A DNA stretch of 64,000 bases from Candidatus Methylacidiphilales bacterium. GTDB lineage: Bacteria; Verrucomicrobiota; Verrucomicrobiia; Methylacidiphilales; Verrucolacustridaceae. The translations under genes and the position numbers were made by a program. Each line of letters begins with the position of its first letter. Position 1 is the stretch's first letter. The notes below the pieces were generated by a model. That model was given only the letters and a program-made list of their open reading frames with translations. It was not told the DNA's origin and searched no databases. Of this stretch, positions 18,164 through 26,546 are shown piece after piece. Where the stretch lies: positions 14,563-78,562 of the forward strand of contig JBIKTM010000005.1 of NCBI GenBank assembly GCA_044348085.1, given 5' to 3'.

Positions 18164-18433
18164 TTAGCGAAACAGATCGGAATGTGTGCCAGTGCGTTCT
18201 AAACGTAAATGTTCGGCAGAGGCGGTATAAATCAGAATCCAATCAGGCTCGATATGGAGATCACGGCATCCCACAAACTCTCCATGAAGAGGATGGTCTT
18301 TATAGATTGGTGGTAGAGGTGCGGTTTCGATCAAAAGATCAATGACCTTCTTGAGTTTCGAAAGGTCTTTGCCTCTCTTCTGGGCTCGTTTGACGTCTTT
18401 CCTGAATGCGGTGGTGCTACTAACGGATCTCAC
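18164..18433 (-). CDS. yafQ: Type II toxin, YafQ family (RelE superfamily mRNA interferase)
   Basis: 89 aa; FRKDVKR, DHPLHGEFVGCRDLHIEPDWILIY, RTGTHSDLF; 4-nt overlap with the antitoxin. Confidence 0.93.
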   Translation of the reverse strand: MRSVSSTTAFRKDVKRAQKRGKDLSKLKKVIDLLIETAPLPPIYKDHPLHGEFVGCRDLHIEPDWILIYTASAEHLRLERTGTHSDLFR

Positions 18434-18690
18434 AGGCCAAGGTGGCGATAGAGGTGCTTCTTCGATTCATGGTGCTTCACGCCTTTACCCTTTCGGCTGT
18501 CCCGAAGAACTTTGGCGGTTTGCGCGTTGGGCAGCGCTACCGCAAAGGGAAGTCCGCGGTGGAGCTGGATTTGGTGAAAGAGAAGCTGAATCGCATCCGA
18601 AGCGGTCATTCCCAGTGAGGAAAGAATTCTTTCCGCTTGGGTTTTTACGGTAGGGGTGATCCGTGCGCGGATGGTGGTAGTTTTCAGCAT
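18430..18690 (-). CDS. dinJ: Type II antitoxin, RelB/DinJ family
   Basis: 86 aa; IRARI..VKTQAERILSSLGMTASDAIQLLFHQI..HRGLPF...PNAQT; upstream of yafQ. Confidence 0.92.
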   Translation of the reverse strand: MLKTTTIRARITPTVKTQAERILSSLGMTASDAIQLLFHQIQLHRGLPFAVALPNAQTAKVLRDSRKGKGVKHHESKKHLYRHLGL

Positions 18691-18696
18691 GAGTTA

Positions 18697-18721
18697 ATTG
18701 TGGCGCAAATGTAGCTACAAG
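18697..18721 (-). promoter_or_regulatory. Probable autoregulatory operator/promoter of the TA operon
   Basis: Perfect palindrome TGTAGCTACA (18710-18719) in TTGTAGCTACATTTGCGCCACAAT, immediately before the antitoxin ATG; resembles the E. coli relO layout as recalled. Confidence 0.6.
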
Positions 18722-18902
18722 CAAGCGGTTGTTTTATCATGCGTATATTTTGGCTGCCTCTGAGATAACGGCCACTGAAGAGTCCCATCATGCTGAAGGG
18801 GTTAAGCTGTGGAAGAGATAAGTTAACTAAATTCCTCAAAATTTTACTCCTTTTACCCCTGAATCCCCAAGGGAAAGGAGTTAGCGACCCTATGCGGATA
18901 GA

Positions 18903-19029
18903 GGTAGTCGGGTGGCTAACCCGACATTTCTGAAGGGTTTAGAAAGGCTGTAACATGTTCAAGAGGATGGTGTTAAGGGGGGTATCTGGTGAGGTGGGGA
19001 GATTGGAAAACGCTATGAAAAAGCCGAAG
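18903..19029 (+). repeat. Repeat A, copy 2 (5' of the PEP-CTERM gene)
   Basis: Direct repeat of 16417-16544; GTAGTCGGGTGGCTAACCCGAC hairpin, shared blocks GGGTTTAGAA, AAGAGGATGGTGTTAA, GAAAACGCT. Confidence 0.9.
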
Positions 19030-19107
19030 ATTAGAATTTAAACTAAAACATTTTATTAGCCTTTTCGGGATATTGCGGAATTAGGGGGGTGGTGCTTAAT
19101 TTAAGGT

Positions 19108-19917
19108 GTGCGGTCGCTCTTCGCTATTTTGCTTTTTGTAGCTGTTTCGACACAAGCGGCTACGACGGCTTTTCTTGATTTTCAGCAAACCGGACAATTC
19201 TCCAATTATTTTAACGGGGATTCGAATCCTGTCTGGAGTCAGAGTTCCTCTGCCGGTGTCGGAGGGACGGGAGGAGTTCAATGGACTTTGGGGGGCTCTG
19301 ATGTCTGGGTTGCGAAGGTGGGATTTCAGCCTTCGGTAGGTTCCACATACACTCTTTCCGTACAGTACCTGTGCCAGATCAACTCTGGGTATGGGGGAAT
19401 CGGTCTTACCTCGCAAAATTCAAATCTGAATTTGGCTGGATCCACCGCCGGAGTAAATCCGGGTCTTGGCATCAGTTATCACGGAGGAGGGTTTAACCTA
19501 AACAACAATTCCGTGAGCGAGAGTGATACCCTTTGGACTTTGACTTCTTACGGTGCCAGTAAGTCCGGAAATCAGGGAATTCCTAGTCCAGGATTTGGCA
19601 GCTCGGGTAACTACTGGTCGCAACTCTCCCTCAAGATGAAGTATTTGGGCTCCAACCAATTTGAACTAACGCCAGAGGTATATGATGTAAGTCAAACTAC
19701 GGGAGCCGTTGGCTCAATGATGGCATCTGGTGCGACGCGCACTATTACAAATTCAAATCTTGGTGGAGCAAGTGTGCTCTATCCGTATTTCTCAAGCAAT
19801 GGGAGCCGTTTTGTAGGAGCTGATAATATCACTATGCCTGTCCCAGAACCTTCCGCTGTTTCGCTTCTCGCCGTTGGTTTAGGCGGATTGGCGATGTTGC
19901 GTCGTCGTCGGTTGTAA
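19108..19917 (+). CDS. PEP-CTERM surface protein
   Basis: Signal peptide, Ser/Gly/Asn-rich beta domain, C-terminal VPEPSAVSLLAVGLGGLAMLRRRRL. Confidence 0.93.
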   Translation: MRSLFAILLFVAVSTQAATTAFLDFQQTGQFSNYFNGDSNPVWSQSSSAGVGGTGGVQWTLGGSDVWVAKVGFQPSVGSTYTLSVQYLCQINSGYGGIGLTSQNSNLNLAGSTAGVNPGLGISYHGGGFNLNNNSVSESDTLWTLTSYGASKSGNQGIPSPGFGSSGNYWSQLSLKMKYLGSNQFELTPEVYDVSQTTGAVGSMMASGATRTITNSNLGGASVLYPYFSSNGSRFVGADNITMPVPEPSAVSLLAVGLGGLAMLRRRRL

Positions 19918-19933
19918 TCTTTAGTCCGCTACT

Positions 19934-20071
19934 AATCTCCAATAAAAACCGTAGCACGGGACCCGAAGACAAGTGGAAGGGGGCAGGCCCCGACGCTGGT
20001 CGGGGCAGGTGGAAGGTGAAAAAACCATAGGCAGAGCGCGACCTTCCATTTTCCACCTCCAGCCTCCCGCA
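19934..20071 (+). repeat. Repeat B, copy 2, with a nested 22-bp insertion
   Basis: Matches 17990-18120 (AATC.CCAA.AAAA.CCGTAGCA, CAAGTGGAAGGGGGCAGG, TGGAAGGTGAAA, CCTTCCA.TTTCCACCTCC.GCCT); extra CCCCGACGCTGGTCGGGGCAGG at 19988-20009. Confidence 0.88.
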
Positions 20072-20136
20072 TTCAAACTGAGCAAACCGTGAATGCCGGC
20101 CCTACTTCGCTCCTAACCCGCTGCGCGGAGGAGCTT

Positions 20137-20206
20137 CCTCCTTCGCCGAGGCTTCGGAGGACAAGTCGTAGGGCTGACGCGGCCCGATACGTAGATCGGG
20201 CCCTAC
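20137..20206. repeat. REP-like palindromic elements
   Basis: CCTCCTTCGCCGAGGCTTCGGAGG hairpin (20137-20160); GTAGGGC...GGCCCGAT-N6-ATCGGGCC..GCCCTAC doublet (20168-20206). Confidence 0.6.
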
Positions 20207-20898
20207 CTTGGTAATCCCACGGGCCAAGGAACTCGGCGACGTAAAAGCCAACCCACACCGATAAGGTCTTGGATGCCCACCCAGGCTCTGCCTGCGATGG
20301 TGTATTTGGAGACTCCTGCCCGACGAGGGCGGTGGTGAACGGGGAGTTCCCCTAATCGGAGGCCAGCTGCGCCCAAAAGAGCGGGAAGGTATCGGTGCAT
20401 CCCTTTAAAGGGAACAAGGAAGCGGGAGTCTTCCCTGCGAATAATTTTGAGAGAGCAACCGGTGTCGTGTGCCCCGTCCATAAGAACGGCGCGTCGGATC
20501 GAATTTGCAATTTTGGATGCGATCTTTTTTTGCCATGAATCCATGCGAGGAGTTCGGATTCCACAAGCAAAGTCCGCTTGATTGTTTTGAAGGAGTTGGA
20601 GAAGGGCAGGCAGATCGGCTGGGTTATTCTGACCATCTCCATCCATCATTGCTGCGAAGGGACGTGTGGCGGCGAGAAGTCCAGCGTAGAGGGCGGGGCC
20701 TTGGCCGAGATTCTTTGGAAAGTGGATGACGCGGATATCCTTTTCCTGATCGAGAAGAACAGGGGTACGGTCTTTGCTTCCGTCGTCCACCGCGATGATT
20801 TCGACACCAGGCAGAGCAGACCGGGCTTCCGTAATTACTGCGGAGACGTTTTCCTCCTCGTTATAAAACGGGATGATGAGGGAAAGCTGGGCGGACAT
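20203..20898 (-). CDS. Glycosyltransferase family 2 (polyprenol-phosphate glycosyltransferase-like)
   Basis: IIPFYNEEEN, VDDGSKD, NLGQGPAL, MDGDGQNNP, DTGCSLK, HRPRRAGVSKY. Confidence 0.9.
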   Translation of the reverse strand: MSAQLSLIIPFYNEEENVSAVITEARSALPGVEIIAVDDGSKDRTPVLLDQEKDIRVIHFPKNLGQGPALYAGLLAATRPFAAMMDGDGQNNPADLPALLQLLQNNQADFACGIRTPRMDSWQKKIASKIANSIRRAVLMDGAHDTGCSLKIIRREDSRFLVPFKGMHRYLPALLGAAGLRLGELPVHHRPRRAGVSKYTIAGRAWVGIQDLIGVGWLLRRRVPWPVGLPR

Positions 20899-20901
20899 GA
20901 C

Positions 20902-21561
20902 TTATTTGGAATGGAGCAAAGAAGGGAGTCGGGCAAACAGTTTCGGAAACCGTCTTTTGCCAACTTTTTTCCATATGGAATTTGCGATCTGGGCAATCGC
21001 CCAAGTGTAGAGCATGGAAAGCGGGATAGAGGCGAGAACGTCGGTTGGGTAGTGGTCGCCCGTGTAAATACGACCTAGGCCAGCTAGCGCCACGAGGTAC
21101 CAGGGCCAACGGAGGGCGGGACCCCAGACTAGGCGAGCCGACATGGCGGCGGCGGTGGCGTTGGCCACATGGGAGGAGGGAAAGGAGCGTCCGTGAGGGA
21201 TGTCCTGTTCGGGTATGCCGGAAATGCGGACGGCGGGTTCCCAGCGTTGTTCGCCCGAGCCTGGGCTGACCTCACGGACTCCCTCGACCGACTGGTAGGG
21301 GCGTGGTCGATCGAAAAGGTGTTTGAGTGGGTTGGTGATCAAGGGATCGCCGATTGCAACAGAGAGGAGCGTGAGAGCGACCCAAGCTTTTGTCCGATCC
21401 TTGCCCCTGACGAGAAAGTAAAGAGCCAGTAGAAGAAGAAGAGGGGTCCAGAACCGACCATCGGCCACAATATTGAAGAACTGATCCAAAATAGGGTGGT
21501 TCAGGCCTCGGTTGATCCAGCGGAAAACCCTGAGGTCCAACGAATAAACTTGGGAGATCAA
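20902..21561 (-). CDS. PAP2 family membrane phosphatase
   Basis: K..FDRPRP, SFPSSH, GRIYTGDHYPTD motifs; TTG start. Confidence 0.92.
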   Translation of the reverse strand: MISQVYSLDLRVFRWINRGLNHPILDQFFNIVADGRFWTPLLLLLALYFLVRGKDRTKAWVALTLLSVAIGDPLITNPLKHLFDRPRPYQSVEGVREVSPGSGEQRWEPAVRISGIPEQDIPHGRSFPSSHVANATAAAMSARLVWGPALRWPWYLVALAGLGRIYTGDHYPTDVLASIPLSMLYTWAIAQIANSIWKKVGKRRFPKLFARLPSLLHSK

Positions 21562-21585
21562 GCATCCGAGGATAAATTACTCAAA

Positions 21586-22329
21586 ATGGTACGACAAGTC
21601 GCATACATCGGGCTTTTACTGGGTTGCACTCATCTTGGTTGGGCTCAAGAGAGGAAGACGCCCTCTGCATCGGCATCGCAAGATCAGGATGAAATCACAC
21701 CGACTCCAAGGCAGATGCAAAACTTCCTATGGAGAACGTTGGTGATGAAGGACTTAAAACTTAAAGGGCAGGTACAGTCTGGGGAGAAAAAGATACCTAT
21801 TATTGTTCGTACGAAGGATCGCCTTTTGCAGTTTGAATTTCAGGATCGACCCTTGCAGATCCGTGTTCGATTTGCTCCTGAGGGTAGTTTGATTCAGCGA
21901 CGAAAGAAGTCGGATGGTGAGTGGCAAGTGGTGACGGGTGTGGAAAAGACCCAGTCGGTGGCGGGTACGGATCTGGCATACGAGGATTTAGGAATCGATT
22001 TTTTACGTTGGCCCGACCCCCAGCCCAAAGGAGAAGATTCGGTGATGATGCTGGATTGCTGGGTTTATGAAGTGAATCCTCCCGTGGAGAGTAACTATGC
22101 GAAAGTTAGATACTGGATTAGCAAGGGATATAAAACGATGATTCGGGCGGATGGGTTAAATGCCAAGGGACAACCGATCAAGCGCTTTACCTTCAACAGC
22201 GTGATTGAGGCGGAGGACACGGTGGTGATTGGGGAGATGAAAGTCGCGAAATTGACCCCCGGGACAGATTTATCGGTTACGAGGACTTATGTGCAGGTGG
22301 ATACCGTGGAAAAAGGATCTGGCCTATAA
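21586..22329 (+). CDS. Outer-membrane lipoprotein-sorting (LolA-like fold) protein
   Basis: Signal peptide; GTDLAYEDL, YAKVRYWISK, PIKRF pattern typical of LolA-like sorting proteins. Confidence 0.6.
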   Translation: MVRQVAYIGLLLGCTHLGWAQERKTPSASASQDQDEITPTPRQMQNFLWRTLVMKDLKLKGQVQSGEKKIPIIVRTKDRLLQFEFQDRPLQIRVRFAPEGSLIQRRKKSDGEWQVVTGVEKTQSVAGTDLAYEDLGIDFLRWPDPQPKGEDSVMMLDCWVYEVNPPVESNYAKVRYWISKGYKTMIRADGLNAKGQPIKRFTFNSVIEAEDTVVIGEMKVAKLTPGTDLSVTRTYVQVDTVEKGSGL

Positions 22330-22333
22330 AGCG

Positions 22334-23047
22334 ATGAAAGTTCGAATTGATCTGCACTGTCACTCGCGATTTTCTTCGGACGGGGTGAGTGAGCCTGAAG
22401 AGATGGTTCAGGCGGCCAAAGACCGTGGATTACACGGCTTTGCCATCACCGACCATAATACGAGTGCCTGTGTTGACTATTTTTTGTCGACGGGGTTGAT
22501 GAGGGAGGATGGAAAGCCTGTGGATGGATTCCTTATTTTGCCGGGACAGGAGATTACGACATCGGCAGGGCATCTGCTGGCTCTTGGGGTGCGACTGCCT
22601 GATCTAAAGGGGATTTCCCCTGCTGAAGCTATGAAGTTAATTCAGAGTGCGGGTGGATTGGCAGTTCCTCCGCACCCGTACGATAACTTCCGTGCAGGAA
22701 TTCGTGAGTCGATCCTGCAAGATTTGCCCTTGGAGGCGATTGAGGTGTTTAATGCCGCGGTCACATTCAAAAGAGCGAATCAGCGATCTTTTGATTACGC
22801 CGTCGAACGCAAGTTGGCGATGACGGCAGGAAGTGATGCGCACCATGTGGAGGCTATCGGCACCGCCTGCACGGTTTTGGAACTGGATGATTTTACGGTA
22901 GCGGGAACTTTAGCGGCAATTCGTAAGGGGGCGTCGGGTTTAGAGCAGAGGTATATGAGTAAAACACAGGCTTTGAAGAAGACTTGGAGTAACGTGTTTC
23001 GACTGGGGAGAAAAAAGAAACGACACTCTCCTCGAGCTGCCTCGTGA
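22334..23047 (+). CDS. PHP domain metal-dependent phosphoesterase
   Basis: DLHCHSRFSSDG, AITDHN, GQEITT..GHLL, PHPY, EVFNA, GSDAH. Confidence 0.92.
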   Translation: MKVRIDLHCHSRFSSDGVSEPEEMVQAAKDRGLHGFAITDHNTSACVDYFLSTGLMREDGKPVDGFLILPGQEITTSAGHLLALGVRLPDLKGISPAEAMKLIQSAGGLAVPPHPYDNFRAGIRESILQDLPLEAIEVFNAAVTFKRANQRSFDYAVERKLAMTAGSDAHHVEAIGTACTVLELDDFTVAGTLAAIRKGASGLEQRYMSKTQALKKTWSNVFRLGRKKKRHSPRAAS

Positions 23048-23880
23048 AACACCCCGCTCCCGTCACGAGGGCGATTATCTTTGGAAATGTCGGTGTGGCA
23101 GTGGTGGATGTCCTTTTTACAATCAATAATCAAGGGCAGGATTCATGGGTTCGTCACATGCTGTCCCTTTCTCCTGCGAACCTTCTGGATGGGGCATGGT
23201 GGGAGGTTTTTACCTATATGTGGCTTCATGCGCCTCCTGTGGGGTTCTGGGTCACGCATATTCTTTTCAATATGCTGACACTTTCGATTTTTGGGAAACC
23301 AGTCGAGGCAAGGGTTGGATCTGCCCGATTCTTGGCCCTGTACTTGATTGGTGGATTGACGGCGGCAGGGGCCTTTCTAGGGCAGGAGTGGTGGAGTGCG
23401 GGTCAAAGTCTGATCGCCCTTCACAATCAAACCCAGGAGATCGTGGGAGCTAGCGGGGCCGTTCTGGCGGTGGTTGCTGCTTTTGCCGTCTATTTTCCTG
23501 ATGCTCGTCTCTTTATTTTTCCATTTCCTTTTCCAGTCAAAGCGAGTCGGGCCGTGAGAGTATTTATTCTGCTAAGTCTGGCTATGATGTTTATCCCAGC
23601 TTTATCTTTCATAGGGCATAGTGCACACATCGGAGGTCTGCTGGCTGGATTCTTTTTGGCACGAGCCTGGAGGAGTCGATCCCCTCAGCCACCTGTCTTA
23701 AGTCCAATGATTCAAAAGAGAGTGGAGGAGATGTCGGCTACGGTGGAGGTGACGGCGATGTCGGAGTCGGAATATTTACGTGAGGTGAGACAGCTTCTGG
23801 GTGAGTTGGGGAAAGGGAACTGGCGACCTTTGACTCCGCGCGAACGGGCGCTCTTACGACGGGCACATCTTCTGGTGTAG
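23044..23880 (+). CDS. Rhomboid family intramembrane serine protease
   Basis: W..FTYMWLH, HILFNM, GASGAV (catalytic Ser), HSAHIGG (catalytic His). Confidence 0.92.
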   Translation: MKHPAPVTRAIIFGNVGVAVVDVLFTINNQGQDSWVRHMLSLSPANLLDGAWWEVFTYMWLHAPPVGFWVTHILFNMLTLSIFGKPVEARVGSARFLALYLIGGLTAAGAFLGQEWWSAGQSLIALHNQTQEIVGASGAVLAVVAAFAVYFPDARLFIFPFPFPVKASRAVRVFILLSLAMMFIPALSFIGHSAHIGGLLAGFFLARAWRSRSPQPPVLSPMIQKRVEEMSATVEVTAMSESEYLREVRQLLGELGKGNWRPLTPRERALLRRAHLLV

Positions 23881-23896
23881 ATGGATCTTTTTCTCG

Positions 23897-26485
23897 ATGA
23901 ACGAGCCTCTTTCTCCAGCCCAAGCTCGTGTGGCTTGGGAAAAGTTCCTCGAATTTTCATCCGGAAGCGCCGAGCTGGTTCAGAGTAGTGAAATTCTAAC
24001 GGAATGGGCCAAGAGCCCAGAGTTGCACTTGAAGGAGGGCTCGAAGGCAAAGTACCGAATCGAGTGGAAGGAGAGGGAGAGCCTAGCAAACTCGGCTTCG
24101 CAGCGGCTAAGGATGCTTCGGGATTGGCAGCGTGCGGAGTTGGTTAGGCTGGCTTGGCGTAACTTTGCCCAACCAATCCCAGCGGAAGCAGCGGGGCGTA
24201 GTTGGACGGAGTTGGCGGAGTTCACCTTGGAGACCGAGCTAAAGTTGGCTCAGGAAAAAGTTCCTGAAATGGATCGGGGGAAGTCAGAAGGGTTTACCCT
24301 TTTGGCCTTGGGAAAATTAGGGGCGGGGGATCTTAACTTTTACTCCGACCTTGATCTTATTTTCTTTCACGGAGAGACGGATGATGAGGGGGCCGTAACT
24401 CGGCTGGCTCGATCTCTGGTCGGAGACTTGGATGCCCCAGGAGGGGAGAGGATATATCGGGTGGATCTGAGGCTTCGGCCCGAGGGTGATCGCGGAGCAC
24501 TGGTTCCAGTGCGGTCTGCTTTGGAGGATTATTATGAGGCGTACGGGGAGGTGTGGGAGCGGTGTGCATGGATCCGAGGTCGAAGAGTGGGGGGTAACGA
24601 GGAGGAGGCGTATGAGTTTTTTCAAACTCTCCAATCCTTTATTTATCCCAGAGGAGTTAGTCCATCTGCCTTGGGGGAGCTTTTTCAGCAAAAAGGTCGG
24701 GCGGAGGAGGAGTTGATCGCCGACGTAGACCGAGATCGGGAGATGAAACGCGGGCGGGGTGGGTTGCGAGAGGTGGAGTTTCCCGTTCTTGGGTTGCAAT
24801 TGCTTCACGGAGCAAGGCAACCCACGCTTCAAACGTGCGATCTCCGAAAGGCGATACGGAACCTGGAGATTTTGCGAATCCTGAGTCCCGAGGAGTCTGA
24901 GACTCTACAAGGCGGATACGATTTTTGGCGCAGGTTGGAAGATTTTCTGCAAATGCGGCAGATCCGGCAGACCCATCTTTTGCCTGATACGGCTGAAGAG
25001 ATGGATCGGTTGGCGCGTGCGATGGGCAAGGGGACGGGAGGGGATTTAGAAAAGGAGGTGGAGGGGTGGCGTCTTCGCGTTCGGAAAGTCTACGATTCGA
25101 TCTTCGGGGAGCTTCAGCCCCAAAAGATTTCAGGATTTGATGGGCTGAGTCAGGTGAAGTGGGAGGATGGCAAAGCCGCACAGTTGGCATGGAAAACACT
25201 GGAACCGGATGAGGGAGTTCATGCGACGGCGCGGACAAAGGAAAACTTCGAACGTTGGCAGCCTTTGTTAGTCGCTGAACTTGCGAAGTGCGCCCGACCC
25301 GATTTGGCCTTGTCGGGGCTTTCACGTTTTGTGGGCGTGTACGGAGCCCGATCCCTTTTGTACGAGAGTCTGTGTGCTAGCCCCAAGGCCTTGAGATTAC
25401 TTGTGAAGTTTTTTGAAAGCAGCGAAAGCATGGGGACGAGTTTAGTCGCAAGACCCGATTTGTTTGAGGCGGTTGCGCAGGCGGAGTTGGATACTCCGCG
25501 AACAATCGAATTCCACCGTAAAGCTTTCGCCTTGCCTCAAGAGGAGGAAGAGGCGATGGATGCGGCACGGGTTTATGTTCGAGGGGAGCAACTACGGATC
25601 GCCTTACGAAGTTTGCTGGGCTTGGGGAAAACTGAGGTGTTTCAGGGTGAGGTAACGGCGTTGGCTGAGATCTGTTTGGAGTGGGCTTGGAACTTTGCGG
25701 GAAAACCAAAGTGGGCATGGATTGGGTTGGGAAAGCTAGGAGGATCTGCTTTGAGTTTTGGTTCTGATTTAGATCTCCTTGTCGTTGGAGAAGGGGAAAA
25801 AGAGGTGCAGAGAGCCGTCCAATTTTTAACGGAGGAGAGGGCTTCGGGTTCCTTATTTAAAGTCGATTTCCGTTTACGTCCTTATGCCGAGGGTGCGTTA
25901 GTGGTGCCTGTAAAAAGGTACGCGCAGTACTATGCAAAGGAGGCTCAGGGTTGGGAGGTTCAGGCCCTGTGTCGGGCACGTGTTGTGGGGGGTGAGGCAA
26001 AAGTGGGGAGCCAGTTCTGGCCCAGTGTGGAGAAAAGTTGGGTGGCTTGGGGCAAGAAAAATAAGATTTTTACGGAAATCAGGGAAATGCGCGAGCGAAT
26101 CGCAACCGAGAGGGTAATCAAGGGGGAGGAGGATCTTCACTATAAGACGACTCGGGGGGGCTTGATGGATGTAGAGTTTGCTGCCCAGGCGTGGCAGATG
26201 AGGCACGGGCTGAGGGAGTGCCGGACCGATGAGATTTTGCGAGCGATGGCGAAAGAGCTTCCAGAGGCATCGGGTGTATTGAGCGAAGGCTTGGAGTTTT
26301 GGGGACAGGTAGAGTGGTGGGTGCGCTTGAGCGAAGGTCGTGGGGGAAGTTGTTTGCCTCAAGCTGGGCGAAACTTGGAGTGGTTAGCTCAAATCGTAGG
26401 GGAACCGGATGGAAAAGCCTTGATGGAAAAGGTGAGAAAAATGTACGCACGGGTGCGAGAGGCGTATGAAATTGTGTTAAGATAG
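23897..26485 (+). CDS. glnE: Bifunctional glutamine synthetase adenylyltransferase/adenylyl-removing enzyme
   Basis: Two nucleotidyltransferase motifs LGKLGAGDLNFYSDLDL and LGKLGGSALSFGSDLDL; VDLRLRPEG; KRGRGGLREVEF. Confidence 0.93.
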   Translation: MNEPLSPAQARVAWEKFLEFSSGSAELVQSSEILTEWAKSPELHLKEGSKAKYRIEWKERESLANSASQRLRMLRDWQRAELVRLAWRNFAQPIPAEAAGRSWTELAEFTLETELKLAQEKVPEMDRGKSEGFTLLALGKLGAGDLNFYSDLDLIFFHGETDDEGAVTRLARSLVGDLDAPGGERIYRVDLRLRPEGDRGALVPVRSALEDYYEAYGEVWERCAWIRGRRVGGNEEEAYEFFQTLQSFIYPRGVSPSALGELFQQKGRAEEELIADVDRDREMKRGRGGLREVEFPVLGLQLLHGARQPTLQTCDLRKAIRNLEILRILSPEESETLQGGYDFWRRLEDFLQMRQIRQTHLLPDTAEEMDRLARAMGKGTGGDLEKEVEGWRLRVRKVYDSIFGELQPQKISGFDGLSQVKWEDGKAAQLAWKTLEPDEGVHATARTKENFERWQPLLVAELAKCARPDLALSGLSRFVGVYGARSLLYESLCASPKALRLLVKFFESSESMGTSLVARPDLFEAVAQAELDTPRTIEFHRKAFALPQEEEEAMDAARVYVRGEQLRIALRSLLGLGKTEVFQGEVTALAEICLEWAWNFAGKPKWAWIGLGKLGGSALSFGSDLDLLVVGEGEKEVQRAVQFLTEERASGSLFKVDFRLRPYAEGALVVPVKRYAQYYAKEAQGWEVQALCRARVVGGEAKVGSQFWPSVEKSWVAWGKKNKIFTEIREMRERIATERVIKGEEDLHYKTTRGGLMDVEFAAQAWQMRHGLRECRTDEILRAMAKELPEASGVLSEGLEFWGQVEWWVRLSEGRGGSCLPQAGRNLEWLAQIVGEPDGKALMEKVRKMYARVREAYEIVLR

Positions 26486-26546
26486 TTCATTAGTCGCTCG
26501 ACGATTTGGTCGGGGGACGGCATACTCCAATCTTTCAAACACCCTT

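Noticed and set aside
16433-18975. Repeats A and B as bona fide integron attC sites
   Set aside because: AAC...GTT ends exist in repeat A, but L-box complementarity is weak. Repeat B copy 2 lacks the ends, and no intI is in the window. Kept only as a hypothesis.
16417-20206. CRISPR array or IS/transposon
   Set aside because: Only two copies per repeat, separated by whole genes; no cas, transposase or terminal inverted repeats.
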